Assembly (NCBI GenBank): GCA_963770835.1
Contig: CAVYRH010000008.1
Location: forward strand, 64,001 to 128,000
Reading direction: 5' to 3'
Length of the DNA stretch: 64,000 nucleotides
From: an uncultured Pseudomonadota bacterium
GTDB taxonomy: Bacteria; Oederibacteriota; Muellerivitia; Muellerivitales; Muellerivitaceae
The translations under genes were made by a program, and so were the position numbers. Positions 10,235-20,344 of the stretch are shown one piece after another. Each line of letters begins with the position of its first letter. The first letter of the stretch is position 1. The notes beneath the pieces are model-generated. The model had not been told where the DNA came from. It did not search any database and saw only the letters and a program-made list of their open reading frames with translations.

Positions 10235-12247
10235 TTACGCTTGAACGAATTGCCTCGTATCCAGCACCCAAACCACCTTGCCGTCTGGCAAAAGCGCCTC
10301 CTCGCGGACGCCCGCCTTTCCGGTATTTTCCGGGCCATTTTTGCGCACCAGCACTTGCTGTTTGCCGTGGACCTCGTCCACCCGCACGCGAAACCGGTTG
10401 GCACCGGATTCCACATAAACCGAAAACTTCGGACTGTCCTCGTCCTTGCTTTCACCCAACCACTGGCCCAGGTCCACCGTGGGCGCGGTTGTGTCCTCCG
10501 GGGTTTCCCTTTCCGCGCCCGGGGGGGCCGGATGGGTGATTTTGCGGACCTGGGACAGGGGCAGGAGGCAGTGTTTCCCCGCCGCCTCCACGACCCAGCC
10601 CTCGATCAAGGCTTGGCTGCGCGGGACTTTGAGGGTGAATTTGCAACCCTGGCCGGGCTTGCTCTGCACGCGGATGGAACCGTAAAGATCCTCTAACTGT
10701 GATTCCACCTGGTCCAGGCCCTGGCCACGGCCTTCCCCGGGGCCGCTCAGGGTGGTCAAGCCGGGCTTAAAAATCATTTCCATCACGCGGGTAGGGGAGG
10801 CCTTTTCATCCTCCAGGATTCCGAGCTCCCGCCCCCTCTGCCGCAGTTTTTCCAGGCTCAAACCCCGTCCATCATCCTCCAGCTCAAGGACAACAGCTCC
10901 CCCTTGCTGGGAGGCCTTGATTTTGATCATGCCCTCGGGCGGTTTCCCGGCCCGGATTCTTTCCCCCGGCGGCTCGATACCGTGGTCCACGGCGTTTTGG
11001 ATCAGTTGGGAAAGCGGGCCGGCCAGCCGCGGCAACAACAGCCTGTCCACTTCGATATCGGTGCTTTCCACCGACAGGTAGACCGTCTTGCCCGCCATTT
11101 GGGAAAAGCGCGCCAGTTCCCAGGACAGGCGCTCAAAGAGGGGCCGCAACGGAACCATGCGCAGGGAAAGAAGGGTGTCCCGCATTTGCCGGGTGATCTT
11201 GCCGATATGGGCCGCTTCGGCCGCGTTTTTCCCCTTCAGGTTTTGGGCCAGGGCCTCTTCCAGGAAGGAGGATTGGGAAAACATCAAATCACCCATCAAT
11301 TCCAGCAACAGGTTCATTTGGTCATCGCGCACCCCTTCCCCGCCGTCAAATAGCGGCGGAACGGGGGAAACGGGCGCTTGGGGTCCGGCTAACGGAACCG
11401 CTTCCGGTCCCGGCGCTGGAGGAGGGGAAGTTTTTAAACCGGGGCCGGCGCTTGATGGGGCCGGGAGCAGCCAAGCTTGCAATTCTTCCAGGACAGGGGT
11501 CGCATCCCATACCTCCACATATTCCTTTGGAAGCCCCCGGGCGATACGGTCCACCTGGGACCGGCAGGACCCCAGGGCCTTCAAAAAGACATCGAGATGG
11601 GGGGCTGCGGGTTCCGCCCCTCCCCTCAGGAATGGCTCCAAAACCATTTCCGTCGCCTGGCAAAGGCGTCGCATCTGAAGGAAGCCCAGGAAGCCCCACT
11701 GGCCCGTCAGCACGTGGAACAACTGGTAAACCTGCTGGAGGTCCGCCTTTTGCTTGGAGCTTAAGAGGAGAAGATTGGACTGAATACCCGAAAGGAAGGT
11801 GGGAGCTTCTTGGAGAAATAATTGAAAGAGCCCTTGGTCCTCCGGGCGGATATAAAGGCTTTCCTTGGCGCCCGCGGCCTCCTCCCGGGAGGCTTTCGGG
11901 GAAAGCGACAGTGGGGGCGCGTCCGTTTCCTTTTCCAGTTCCCCCTTTTGCTCTTTTTCCAGGAGGCGGTGGGCCTGCAACAAGGCCCGCAAAAGCTGCT
12001 CCATGGCCTTGGCGGCGGGGAGCCCCGATTTCAGTTCCTTCACTAAATCCTGGGCCTGTTGGTGAAAGGAGCCGCTCCATTCCCCGCAGGATTTGCGTGC
12101 CCGGGAGGTCCAGGCCTCGAAGGCACGGGCCAATTCCAGGGCCGAGTCCGGGTCCTTTACATTGGCTTGGACGGCCTTACGGCTGAGGCCATTCAAATCA
12201 CTCGAAAGTTGCCCGTAAGCTTGGGGTTGGAGGGTTTCCACCGGCAT
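10235..12247 (-). CDS. cheA: Chemotaxis histidine kinase CheA
   Basis: Hpt FHVLTG...GFLGF, LRMVP, NAVDHGIEPP, DDGRG, IFKPGLTT, GRGQGLD, C-terminal CheW-like domain. Confidence 0.9.
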   Translation of the reverse strand: MPVETLQPQAYGQLSSDLNGLSRKAVQANVKDPDSALELARAFEAWTSRARKSCGEWSGSFHQQAQDLVKELKSGLPAAKAMEQLLRALLQAHRLLEKEQKGELEKETDAPPLSLSPKASREEAAGAKESLYIRPEDQGLFQLFLQEAPTFLSGIQSNLLLLSSKQKADLQQVYQLFHVLTGQWGFLGFLQMRRLCQATEMVLEPFLRGGAEPAAPHLDVFLKALGSCRSQVDRIARGLPKEYVEVWDATPVLEELQAWLLPAPSSAGPGLKTSPPPAPGPEAVPLAGPQAPVSPVPPLFDGGEGVRDDQMNLLLELMGDLMFSQSSFLEEALAQNLKGKNAAEAAHIGKITRQMRDTLLSLRMVPLRPLFERLSWELARFSQMAGKTVYLSVESTDIEVDRLLLPRLAGPLSQLIQNAVDHGIEPPGERIRAGKPPEGMIKIKASQQGGAVVLELEDDGRGLSLEKLRQRGRELGILEDEKASPTRVMEMIFKPGLTTLSGPGEGRGQGLDQVESQLEDLYGSIRVQSKPGQGCKFTLKVPRSQALIEGWVVEAAGKHCLLPLSQVRKITHPAPPGAERETPEDTTAPTVDLGQWLGESKDEDSPKFSVYVESGANRFRVRVDEVHGKQQVLVRKNGPENTGKAGVREEALLPDGKVVWVLDTRQFVQA

Positions 12248-12481
12248 TTTTGGCCTCCAGGGTTATTGGAAAAAGATCGTTTTTATCCGATCAACTTTTT
12301 TATTGAGGAAGAATCGTCGAAAGTTATTAGACTGCCGGACTTCGACGAAAGTTTTTCTTGGATGAAACAGGAATGTTAATTAAAGGGAAAGTTGGGAAAA
12401 GAAGATTGACAAAAACCAATCCCTTGGAAAATTTGTAGGATAACTGACCGAAAAATCGGTTTGACTGTTTCTCCCGAAAAT

Positions 12482-12508
12482 AAAAAAGCCCGGAAATTTC
12501 CGGGCTTC
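12482..12508 (-). terminator. Intrinsic terminator after phoU
   Basis: AAGCCCGGA-aatt-TCCGGGCTT with an A6 run. Confidence 0.8.
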
Positions 12509-12511
12509 CAC

Positions 12512-12546
12512 CATTCAAAATTTAAAATTCATAATTCAAAATTGCC
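12512..12546. repeat. Heptamer tandem repeat (AATTCAA-like)
   Basis: cattcaa aatttaa aattcat aattcaa aattgcc. Confidence 0.7.
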
Positions 12547-12549
12547 GCA

Positions 12550-13206
12550 CTATCCGCGCCGGTGGCGAATGTCCTTTCCTTTCACCATGTAAATGACATC
12601 CTCGGCCACGTTGGTGGCGTGGTCCGCGATGCGTTCCAGGTAGCGGGAGACCAGGATAAGGTCCAGGGCCCGCTTGATATTGGCCCGGTCCTCCAGCATA
12701 TAGCTGATGAGCTCCCGGATGATTTGGTCGTTCAGGTTGTCCACCTCGTCGTCCCGCTCGCAGACCTTCTTGGCGGCGTCGGCGTCCCGGTTCACCAGCG
12801 AATCCAGCGAAACCTTCACCATTTCCTGGGCGATGGAGGCCATGTGGGGGATGTCGATGAAGGGCTTCAAGGGGGCCACTTCGTTAAGGTCAGGGCCCGC
12901 TCGGCGATATTGACGGCCAAGTCCCCCATGCGTTCCAGGTCCGAATTGATCTTCATGGCGCTGGTGATGAAGCGCATATCCCCCGCCATGGGCTGGTGCA
13001 GGGCCAAGAGCCGGTGGCAGATCTCGTCCACTTCGATTTCAAGATCATTGATGTCCCGGTCGCTTTGGATGACCTGCCGGGCCAGTTTCGAATCCCGGTC
13101 CACGAGGGATTTCATGGCCAGGCGGATGGCCTCCTCCACCTTGCTGCCCATCAGCAGGATTTTCTCCTTCAAGACCGGCTAATTCTTCGTCGAAAGATAT
13201 TTGCAT
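12550..13206 (-). pseudogene. phoU: Phosphate signalling protein PhoU, split by two compensating frameshifts
   Basis: MQISFDEELA / LKEKILLMGSKVEE...DLERMGDLAVNIA / PLKPFIDIP...YLERIADHATNVAE in successive frames. The 657-nt span equals 219 codons; shifts near 13175 and 12885. Confidence 0.9.
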
Positions 13207-13255
13207 GGTCTTCCCTTCCGTGGTTCCCATAACATTTCCCATTTTAGCCCGTTTT

Positions 13256-14134
13256 TCAGCCGAAACGGCCTGTGATGTAATCTTCCGTCAATTTATTTTC
13301 CGGATTGGTGAACATCTTCTCCGTGGCGTCGTACTCGATCAATTTGCCGTTCAGCATGAAGGCGGTCTTTTGCGAAACGCGGGCCGCCTGTTGCATGTTA
13401 TGGGTGACGATGATGATGGTGTAGTTCTGCCGCAACTCGTGGATCAATTCCTCGATCTTGGTCGTGGAAATGGGGTCCAGGGCCGAGCAGGGCTCGTCCA
13501 TCAAAAGCACTTCCAGCTCGATGGCCAGGGCGCGGGCGATGCAAAGCCTCTGTTGTTGGCCGCCCGAAAGGGCCCCTCCCGCCTTTTGCAGGGAATCCTT
13601 CACTTCCTCCCAAAGGGCCGCCTTTCGGAGGCTCTTTTCCACCACCTCTTCCAGTACCTTCTTGTCCCTCATGCCGTTCAACCGTAGGCCGACAGCCACG
13701 TTGTCAAAAATGGAAAGGGTGGGAAAGGGCGTGGGTTTTTGGAACACCATACCGACGCGCCGGCGGACCACTACCGGGTCCATGCGGGGGTCGAAAATGC
13801 TGCCATCTTCGAGGAAAATATCGCCCGCGAACTTGGAACCGGGGACCGTCTCGTGCATGCGGTTGAAACAGCGGATGAGGGTAGATTTGCCGCACCCCGA
13901 GGGGCCGATAATGGCCGTCACTTCCTTCTCATGGATGGTCATGTTCACGTCATAGAGGGCCTGCTTGGTGCCGAACCAGGCGCAGACGCCTTCGGCCTTC
14001 ATTTTTAAACGGGCCTCGCCCGGGGCGGTTTCCTGGTGTGCCACTTCGATTTTGCGGACCTCTCCCCTGGATTCCTGGTTTTCCACTTTTTTCGTTTCCT
14101 TTTTTTGGCCTTTTTCCTTTATTTCATCGATCAT
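13256..14134 (-). CDS. pstB: Phosphate ABC transporter ATP-binding protein
   Basis: [41 protein letters not shown]. Start moved to ATG 14134 (AGAGG RBS) because the longer ORF begins inside a repeat. Confidence 0.95.
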   Translation of the reverse strand: MIDEIKEKGQKKETKKVENQESRGEVRKIEVAHQETAPGEARLKMKAEGVCAWFGTKQALYDVNMTIHEKEVTAIIGPSGCGKSTLIRCFNRMHETVPGSKFAGDIFLEDGSIFDPRMDPVVVRRRVGMVFQKPTPFPTLSIFDNVAVGLRLNGMRDKKVLEEVVEKSLRKAALWEEVKDSLQKAGGALSGGQQQRLCIARALAIELEVLLMDEPCSALDPISTTKIEELIHELRQNYTIIIVTHNMQQAARVSQKTAFMLNGKLIEYDATEKMFTNPENKLTEDYITGRFG

Positions 14135-14155
14135 GGGACCCATCCTCTGAACACC

Positions 14156-14252
14156 AATTTTTAATTCTGAATTCTTAATTTTCAATTGCGGAAACTTTGG
14201 CTTCGCCAAAGTTCACATCAATTCAAAATTCAACATTTAGAATTCAAAATTT
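14156..14252. repeat. Heptamer tandem repeats between pstA and pstB
   Basis: aattttt aattctg aattctt aattttc ... aattcaa aattcaa catttag aattcaa. Confidence 0.7.
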
Positions 14253-14263
14253 CCTTTCTCTTT

Positions 14264-15118
14264 TTATCGAAGCAGGCTTCTCGGGTTCTTGAAAAACAGT
14301 TTGGCGCCCAAATTTACAGATAAAACCAGCATCAATAAAACCAGGGCCCCCGTCCAAGCCTGTCGGTGCCAATCGTCATATGGTGAAATCGCGTAAGTGA
14401 AAACTTGGACGGTCAAAGAAGCCGTTGGTTCAAAAATACTCTTTGACCAAAATGAGTTGCCAAAAGAAGTGAACAAAAGGGGCGCGGTTTCACCCGAAAC
14501 ACGGGCAATAGAGAGCAACACTCCCGTAAGGATTCCATTTTTAGCGGTCTTAATCACGATATTCAAGATGGTTTTCCATTGGGGAATCCCCAAGGCCCAG
14601 GAAGCTTCCCGAAGTGAATGAGGAACCATTTTCACGAGTTCCTCGGTGGTGCGGCACACGATCGGGATCATCATGAAACCCAAGGCCACGCCCCCCGCAA
14701 GGGCCGAGAAATGCCCCATCGTCTTGACCAAAAGGCCATAAGCAACGATGCCCGTCGCGATGGATGGCACCCCCGAAAGAACATCCGCCGTAAAACGGAC
14801 CAGCCAGGCGAATTGGCTCTTTTTCCCGTATTCGGACAGATATACCCCCGCGAATATCCCCACCGGCAGCCCCACGCAGCAGGAAATGAGAACGATGGTG
14901 ATCGTTCCCACCAAGGCGTTGGCCATTCCGCCCCCAACTACCCCTACCGGGGTGGGAAGGTGGATGAAAAAGCCCGGCCCCAATTCCTTGATCCCCTGTA
15001 TAAAAACGTACCAAAGTACGCTTACAAGCGGAATGACGGCCAAAAGGGCAGCTAATCCACAGAGGGTCACCATCAAACGGTCGATGAAAAACCGGCGGGT
15101 TTGGAAACCTAATTTCAT
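14264..15118 (-). CDS. pstA: Phosphate ABC transporter permease PstA
   Basis: GGMANALVG, LSGVPSIATG, LREASWALG, ARVSGETAPLLFT; start MKLGFQ just after the pstC stop. Confidence 0.95.
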   Translation of the reverse strand: MKLGFQTRRFFIDRLMVTLCGLAALLAVIPLVSVLWYVFIQGIKELGPGFFIHLPTPVGVVGGGMANALVGTITIVLISCCVGLPVGIFAGVYLSEYGKKSQFAWLVRFTADVLSGVPSIATGIVAYGLLVKTMGHFSALAGGVALGFMMIPIVCRTTEELVKMVPHSLREASWALGIPQWKTILNIVIKTAKNGILTGVLLSIARVSGETAPLLFTSFGNSFWSKSIFEPTASLTVQVFTYAISPYDDWHRQAWTGALVLLMLVLSVNLGAKLFFKNPRSLLR

Positions 15119-15123
15119 TAATT

Positions 15124-16245
15124 TTAACCTTTTGAGAATTTTCGGGTCGTCGCCCAAACAAGAAGATGGGCCGCGATATTCAGCACCAAAGTTATGGCCA
15201 TCAACAAAAGGCCGATTTCGGAGAGCGCCGCCAGGTAGACGTCCCCATTGGCCTCGGTGAATTCGTTGGCGATCACGCTGGCCATACTGTGGGCCCCCGC
15301 CAGGAGGTTGGCCGAAACCTGCGGGTTGTTGCCGATGACCATGGTGACCGCCATGGTTTCCCCCAAGGCGCGGCCAAGGGCCAGCATGATGGCCCCCACT
15401 ACGCCCGGCCTCGAAATCTGGAGGACCGACAGGTTCATCGTCTCCCAGCTCGTTGCGCCAAGGGCCCGGGCTGATTCGCGGTAACTGTTGGGAACCGCCT
15501 CGAAGACTTCCCGGCTGATGGCCGTGATCGTGGGCAGGATCATGATGGAAAGGATCACCCCCGCCGTGAAAAGGGAAAGGCCTGTTGTGGGACCCTGGAA
15601 AAAAGGCATCTTCAGCGTGCCCACATAGATACCAACGCACAAACCGATGAATACCGAAAGAAAGGTCCCAGGAAGTCCCTTGACAAACCTTCCCAACAAG
15701 GCGTTCGACAAGAAAATAACCGTTATGCCGGTTAATAACCCAACAAAGGTGCCCCCTGCTTTAATTAGGATGGGGTCCACATTCACCCGCATTAAGGGCG
15801 CCAAGACAAACATTCCCCACAGTCCATAGACCACGCTGGGAATGGCCGCTAAGGTCTCCACCAAAAAAGCCACCGGGTCGCGGAATTTTTGGGGGGCCAA
15901 CTCCGTCAAGAAAAGGGAAATCCCAAGTCCCAGGGGCGTGGCAATTAAAAGGGCCAAGAAGGAGGAGACGATTGTGCCGTAAATAAAAGGGACCGCGCCG
16001 AATACATTCTTGATGGGGTCCCAATCAGAAGTTACTAAAAAGGACCAGCCAAATGCCTTGATGGAAGCCTGGGAGGTCAGGTAAAGGCTCCCCGCCGTCA
16101 CGAACGCCAACAACAAAACCATGGATGCGAAGAAAATCGTCATCCCTTTAAAAAGCCTGTCCCCAAACCCATAAGAAAAAAAGGAGAGAGCCGGTCTCCC
16201 GGCTCCCTCGTTCCGAACCAAATTTTCCTCAGTCGCTAAGCTCAA
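15124..16245 (-). CDS. pstC: Phosphate ABC transporter permease PstC
   Basis: WDP...FGAVPFIYGT, LAAIPSVVYGLWG, LGRALGETMAVTMVIGN. Confidence 0.95.
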   Translation of the reverse strand: MSLATEENLVRNEGAGRPALSFFSYGFGDRLFKGMTIFFASMVLLLAFVTAGSLYLTSQASIKAFGWSFLVTSDWDPIKNVFGAVPFIYGTIVSSFLALLIATPLGLGISLFLTELAPQKFRDPVAFLVETLAAIPSVVYGLWGMFVLAPLMRVNVDPILIKAGGTFVGLLTGITVIFLSNALLGRFVKGLPGTFLSVFIGLCVGIYVGTLKMPFFQGPTTGLSLFTAGVILSIMILPTITAISREVFEAVPNSYRESARALGATSWETMNLSVLQISRPGVVGAIMLALGRALGETMAVTMVIGNNPQVSANLLAGAHSMASVIANEFTEANGDVYLAALSEIGLLLMAITLVLNIAAHLLVWATTRKFSKG

Positions 16246-16267
16246 AGATCACCTGCATCCTTCTGAA

Positions 16268-17299
16268 TTAGTACTTAATTTCGCTAACCTTCGCGCTGAT
16301 CTTTTCGATTAAGGAATCCGGCAAAGGCGCGTAGAAAAGGTCCTTGGCCATGGGTTCGCCGGTGGAATAAATCCACTTCAGCATGTCCACGATGGCCTTG
16401 CCCTTCACGGGGTCAGCGTAACTGGGCTGGACCAGGAGCCAGGTAAATCCGCTGATCGGATAAGCATTCTCACCGGAAGCGTTGGTGATCATGATCTTGA
16501 AATCAGCGGGCATCTTTCTCAAGGCTCCGGCGGCGGCTGCGGTCGTGGATTCAACCGAGGGATCCACGAAGTTACCGGCTTTGTTTTGCAATTTGGCGAA
16601 GGTCATGTTGTTCTGCATGGCATAAGCCAACTCCACATAACCGATGGTTCCGGGAATCTGCTTCACCAGACCCGCCACACCTTCGTTGCCCTTGCCGCCC
16701 ACGCCAACGGGCCACTTGACGGCCTTGCCCCAACCCGCGGCAGAGGCCCATTTCGCGCTGACCTTCGTCAAATAGTTGGTGAAGATATTGGTCGTTCCGC
16801 TTCCATCCGACCGATGGGCCACGGTAATGGCCAGGTCCGGAAAGGTCATGTCCGGATTCAAGGCTTTAATTTTGGGGTCATTCCAATTGGTGATATCACC
16901 CAAATAAATGCCGGCCAAGACTTCAGGCGACAGCTTCAAACCCGTAGCCACTCCTGGAACGTTGTACACAATCGGTTCAGAACCGATCACCGTCGGGAGA
17001 TGGATGACTTTCCCCCCGACCTTCGCGGTTTCGTCGTCGGTTAAGAAGGCATCCGAAGCGCCGAAGTCCACGGTCTTCGCGGTGAATTGCTGGACACCAC
17101 CGCCGGAACCGATGGACTGGTAGTTGACTTGCACCCCAGTCGATTTGTTGTACTCATAGAACCACTTGGAATAGACCGGGTAGGGGAAAGTAGCCCCGGC
17201 CCCGTTGAGGGCGACAGTACCGGCGGCATTCGCCAGTCCCGTTCCCGCGAAGGCGGCCGCCATAAGGGCGCCCGTCATGATTTTTTTCAGGCTGTTCAT
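16268..17299 (-). CDS. pstS: Phosphate ABC transporter substrate-binding protein
   Basis: GAGATFPYP, YQSIGSGGG, DFGASD, RSDGSGTT, GKGNEGVA, YPISGFTW. Confidence 0.97.
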   Translation of the reverse strand: MNSLKKIMTGALMAAAFAGTGLANAAGTVALNGAGATFPYPVYSKWFYEYNKSTGVQVNYQSIGSGGGVQQFTAKTVDFGASDAFLTDDETAKVGGKVIHLPTVIGSEPIVYNVPGVATGLKLSPEVLAGIYLGDITNWNDPKIKALNPDMTFPDLAITVAHRSDGSGTTNIFTNYLTKVSAKWASAAGWGKAVKWPVGVGGKGNEGVAGLVKQIPGTIGYVELAYAMQNNMTFAKLQNKAGNFVDPSVESTTAAAAGALRKMPADFKIMITNASGENAYPISGFTWLLVQPSYADPVKGKAIVDMLKWIYSTGEPMAKDLFYAPLPDSLIEKISAKVSEIKY

Positions 17300-17352
17300 C
17301 TTGAAACTCCTCTTTAGGCTGATTGATTTTAAGCTTTTGCCAAAACTTCAAA

Positions 17353-17370
17353 TGTTACGGTTGCGTTAAC
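17353..17370 (-). promoter_or_regulatory. Pho-box-like direct repeat upstream of pstS
   Basis: Minus strand GTTAACGCAACCGTAACA; half-sites 11 bp apart. Confidence 0.7.
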
Positions 17371-17454
17371 TAACAGAGGTGCCAAAACTGCTTTTCAAAC
17401 CACTTTTCAGGTAATTTTCGGGGGTTTTAAACCGAAAGGTTTAAAACCTAACCT

Positions 17455-17488
17455 TAACTCAAAACTCAACACTCAGAACTCAAAACTT
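17455..17488. repeat. Heptamer tandem repeat (AACTCAA-like)
   Basis: aactcaa aactcaa cactcag aactcaa aactt. Confidence 0.7.
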
Positions 17489-17672
17489 TTCTTTCAGTTG
17501 AGAAGCGGAGGAAGGGGCCAACCCGGTTCCCTGACTACCGGGCGGCCCCCTAGGAAGGCCTCAACACATCATGAAACAATTCCTCCGAATTGTTTTATGA
17601 CTCGGCAGGATGCCAAACTTCAAAAGCTCCTTTAACAGCCTGCCTGAACCAAAACTCCACTGGAGTTTTGGT

Positions 17673-19097
17673 TTAGAAACGGTACCAGGTGGAAAGCTGC
17701 AGGCGGTTATCCGTCCCCTCTGTTCCGTTCACATAGTGCGTCATGAAGGTGGCGTATTCCAAGGCCACGCGGGTGTTCTTGGAAAGGTCCTGCATGACGT
17801 TGACGAAGTAGTTGCTGTCGTCGTTGTAACCTGTGCCTGTGTGAGCAAAAGTGGCACCCAATTGGGTAAGGCTGGCGTTGGTCAAGAAAACTTCGCCATA
17901 GCCGGCGGTCAAGATCGTACCCACGCTCTTCGGCAAGGTAATCTGGATCTGGCCGTTGTAGCTTTGGAGGATGAGGGGCTTCAATCCGCCATTGAACGCC
18001 GCCACCGCGCCGTCATCCGTTTCGGTGTTAGCGCCGTAGGTCGGGGCAGGTTTCACGAAGGAGCCGATTGCGGTGGCTCCGCCGAAACCGCCGCCGTTGA
18101 AGGGCAGGGTGTCGCCCGCGCCGTAGGTGTATTCACCTGTCAGCACGATGCTGGGGTCATCCTTGCCTTCAGCCGCCGGAATAACCGGGATCAGGATATC
18201 GGCCGCCATGGCGCTGGCCCAGATGCTTTGATTCAAAAGGTCCGGGTTGGTTCCCAGTCCGTTGCCCCACACATAAAGGGCGTTGCGGCCCGAGATTCCA
18301 AGGCTCAAGGGCATCAGTTTGTCGGCCCCGGTGGCGGAGCAGAAATAGCCCTTCATGTCATTGAACAAGAACCGGAGACCCGCCAACTGGGTCGGGACCT
18401 GGGAAATGTCCTGGTCCGGCTTTTCCGCGGAAATATCCGCTTGGAGCTGGAATCCGGAGGCATCGCCGAAGGTCTTCTGGATGCGCAATTGGGGAATCCG
18501 TTCGTATAGTGTGGCCATCACGGGAGATTCCGCGACGGTCGCCAAGGTGTAGTCCATGTTCCAGCCGAATAATGTCCACCATTGCCCGGCCAAAATTTCC
18601 CATCCATCGTTCTGGTCCGCTTCCACATAGGCATGGCGCAAACGGAGGGTCGGCTGGGTGTAGAACTTATATTCGTTGTCCCCCACCGTGTTGCCGTTGT
18701 TGATGCCCAGGAAGTCCGTTTCGATGTAGCCCTTGAAAGCCCAATCGGACGCGGTTTCCTTGGCCAGAAGGTCAATCCGGGAGTTACGCAGGGAAAACTG
18801 GGTCATACCGTTGCTCCCCGCGAAGTTATAAGGCTTCCCCTGGATAGCGATGCTCCCATCTCCAACGGTTTCTTGGAGTGACTGGGTGCTGTCGTTAATG
18901 TAGTCCGCTTGGGCGAACCCGTGAATCTCAACCGAGGGTCCCTTGCTCGCCAAATCATTGACCTGTTTCGTCAATGCGCCAATGGCGGTATTTACATCCT
19001 CTTGCGCATCCGTGCTTGCTTCATCGGCGAACGCCGCGCTGTTCAGGGCAACCAGCGATCCGGCCATCACCAAAGCCAATAACCAAGACCGTTTCAT
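17673..19097 (-). CDS. Outer-membrane porin, DcaP-like
   Basis: Signal peptide, short coiled coil, RNSRI, GYIETDF, LRLRHAYV, GQWWTLF, C-terminal WYRF. Confidence 0.75.
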   Translation of the reverse strand: MKRSWLLALVMAGSLVALNSAAFADEASTDAQEDVNTAIGALTKQVNDLASKGPSVEIHGFAQADYINDSTQSLQETVGDGSIAIQGKPYNFAGSNGMTQFSLRNSRIDLLAKETASDWAFKGYIETDFLGINNGNTVGDNEYKFYTQPTLRLRHAYVEADQNDGWEILAGQWWTLFGWNMDYTLATVAESPVMATLYERIPQLRIQKTFGDASGFQLQADISAEKPDQDISQVPTQLAGLRFLFNDMKGYFCSATGADKLMPLSLGISGRNALYVWGNGLGTNPDLLNQSIWASAMAADILIPVIPAAEGKDDPSIVLTGEYTYGAGDTLPFNGGGFGGATAIGSFVKPAPTYGANTETDDGAVAAFNGGLKPLILQSYNGQIQITLPKSVGTILTAGYGEVFLTNASLTQLGATFAHTGTGYNDDSNYFVNVMQDLSKNTRVALEYATFMTHYVNGTEGTDNRLQLSTWYRF

Positions 19098-19256
19098 AGC
19101 TTCTCCTTAACCAGTTTTTTTAACTTCTTCCCCCCGATTCGGGTTCCTCGGTTTTCAACATCAAACGGCAAAGTGTCGCAGGGTAAACTAAAACCCGAAT
19201 CGGAAGAAATTCGTGCGGAACTCTACAGGTGGGGGTGGCGCGAAACATTTCATCAA

Positions 19257-19274
19257 TGTTAAATACCGGTTAAC
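19257..19274 (-). promoter_or_regulatory. Pho-box-like direct repeat upstream of the porin gene
   Basis: Minus strand GTTAACCGGTATTTAACA; 11-bp period. Confidence 0.7.
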
Positions 19275-19413
19275 TTTGGCCTGGTTTTAACACGTTAATT
19301 TGTCGATATTTGAGGAGCTACCTTTGTTTTCCAGCAAAAAAAGAAACTAAATTAAGTAGAAGCCGTTATTTAATTTTATGGAACTAAGTATTCGACACAC
19401 CAAGATAAAAAAA

Positions 19414-19508
19414 CCCCTCGCCCCTTGAGGGAGAGGGTAGGGTGAGGGGTGAATTTTGCTTGTCAAAACCACCCTCATCCCGTCCTTCTCCCCTCAAGGG
19501 AGAAGGGG
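19414..19508. repeat. REP-like inverted pair (CCCTCACCCnnnCCTCTCCCnnnGGGAGAGGG type)
   Basis: cccctcgccccttgagggagagggtagggtgagggg facing ccctcatcccgtccttctcccctcaagggagaagggg. Confidence 0.75.
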
Positions 19509-19609
19509 AAACGAACGGCAATAAGCCATTACCTCAGAAATGTATGTGAAGGAAATAGTTCTGTAATTTTATCCGCCAAGGGGATTTAGTGTTTTGAAGG
19601 AGGGCCTTC

Positions 19610-20344
19610 ATGAAAAGCAACCTACTGCGGTGGTCAGGCTTCATCACAATCTCGGGGTTACTCCTAGTCAGTCCCGCCTACGCCCAAACTACTTCTTCTT
19701 CCCTACCGGTTTTCCAAGGACCAGCTTGGGGCACCCCGTTGGATGATTTCAAGGCTTCAAAAGGATCCAAGTTGACCTATTCGACGGAACGCATGGAAGC
19801 CCGGGCCTTGGATTTTATCCTTACGGATTTCCACCCGGTAGATAAGGATGATCCCGACCGAGCCCCCAAGTTTGCCCCCCAAACCACCGCCGGGGACAGC
19901 ATCCTTTATATTTTTTATGATGGGAAACTCTGTGCCGCCTCCGTGGCTCTGGCGCTTCCCGATGTCATGGACAAATTCCACCAATTGAATTCGCAATACA
20001 AAAAAGCCGGATATTACACCCAGAGGGCCTCAACCGGTTTCTATGGGTACCACGGTTCGCAAACCGTCTTCTTCCACCATTTCCTCTACGTCCAAGACTC
20101 TTCCACCACGATCGATTTTGTGAAGGTGACGGGCTATTACGACGACGCCATGTATTATGGGAAATCAGGCTTTGACGCGGTCCAAACCGAGGAAGGTGAA
20201 TTAATGGCGGGCTACTTGGTTTATGTTTCGGCGGATTACCTGAAGGGCCCCAACGCTTATACCGATTGGCTGGAAAACCGCAAAAATGCTTCCCCGCCCC
20301 AAGTTGATCCCATCCAGCGGTTCAAATGCAGTATTGAGCATTAA
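19610..20344 (+). CDS. Exported hypothetical protein
   Basis: AAGGAGG RBS, signal peptide ending AYA; no family recognised. Confidence 0.75.
   Translation: MKSNLLRWSGFITISGLLLVSPAYAQTTSSSLPVFQGPAWGTPLDDFKASKGSKLTYSTERMEARALDFILTDFHPVDKDDPDRAPKFAPQTTAGDSILYIFYDGKLCAASVALALPDVMDKFHQLNSQYKKAGYYTQRASTGFYGYHGSQTVFFHHFLYVQDSSTTIDFVKVTGYYDDAMYYGKSGFDAVQTEEGELMAGYLVYVSADYLKGPNAYTDWLENRKNASPPQVDPIQRFKCSIEH

Noticed and set aside
12860..13206. Programmed frameshifting in phoU
   Set aside because: No slippery heptamer or stimulatory structure seen; two compensating indels fit sequencing error better.
15119..15640. N-terminal extension of the 458-aa pstA ORF
   Set aside because: Overlaps pstC in another frame; PstA similarity starts at MKLGFQ (15118).
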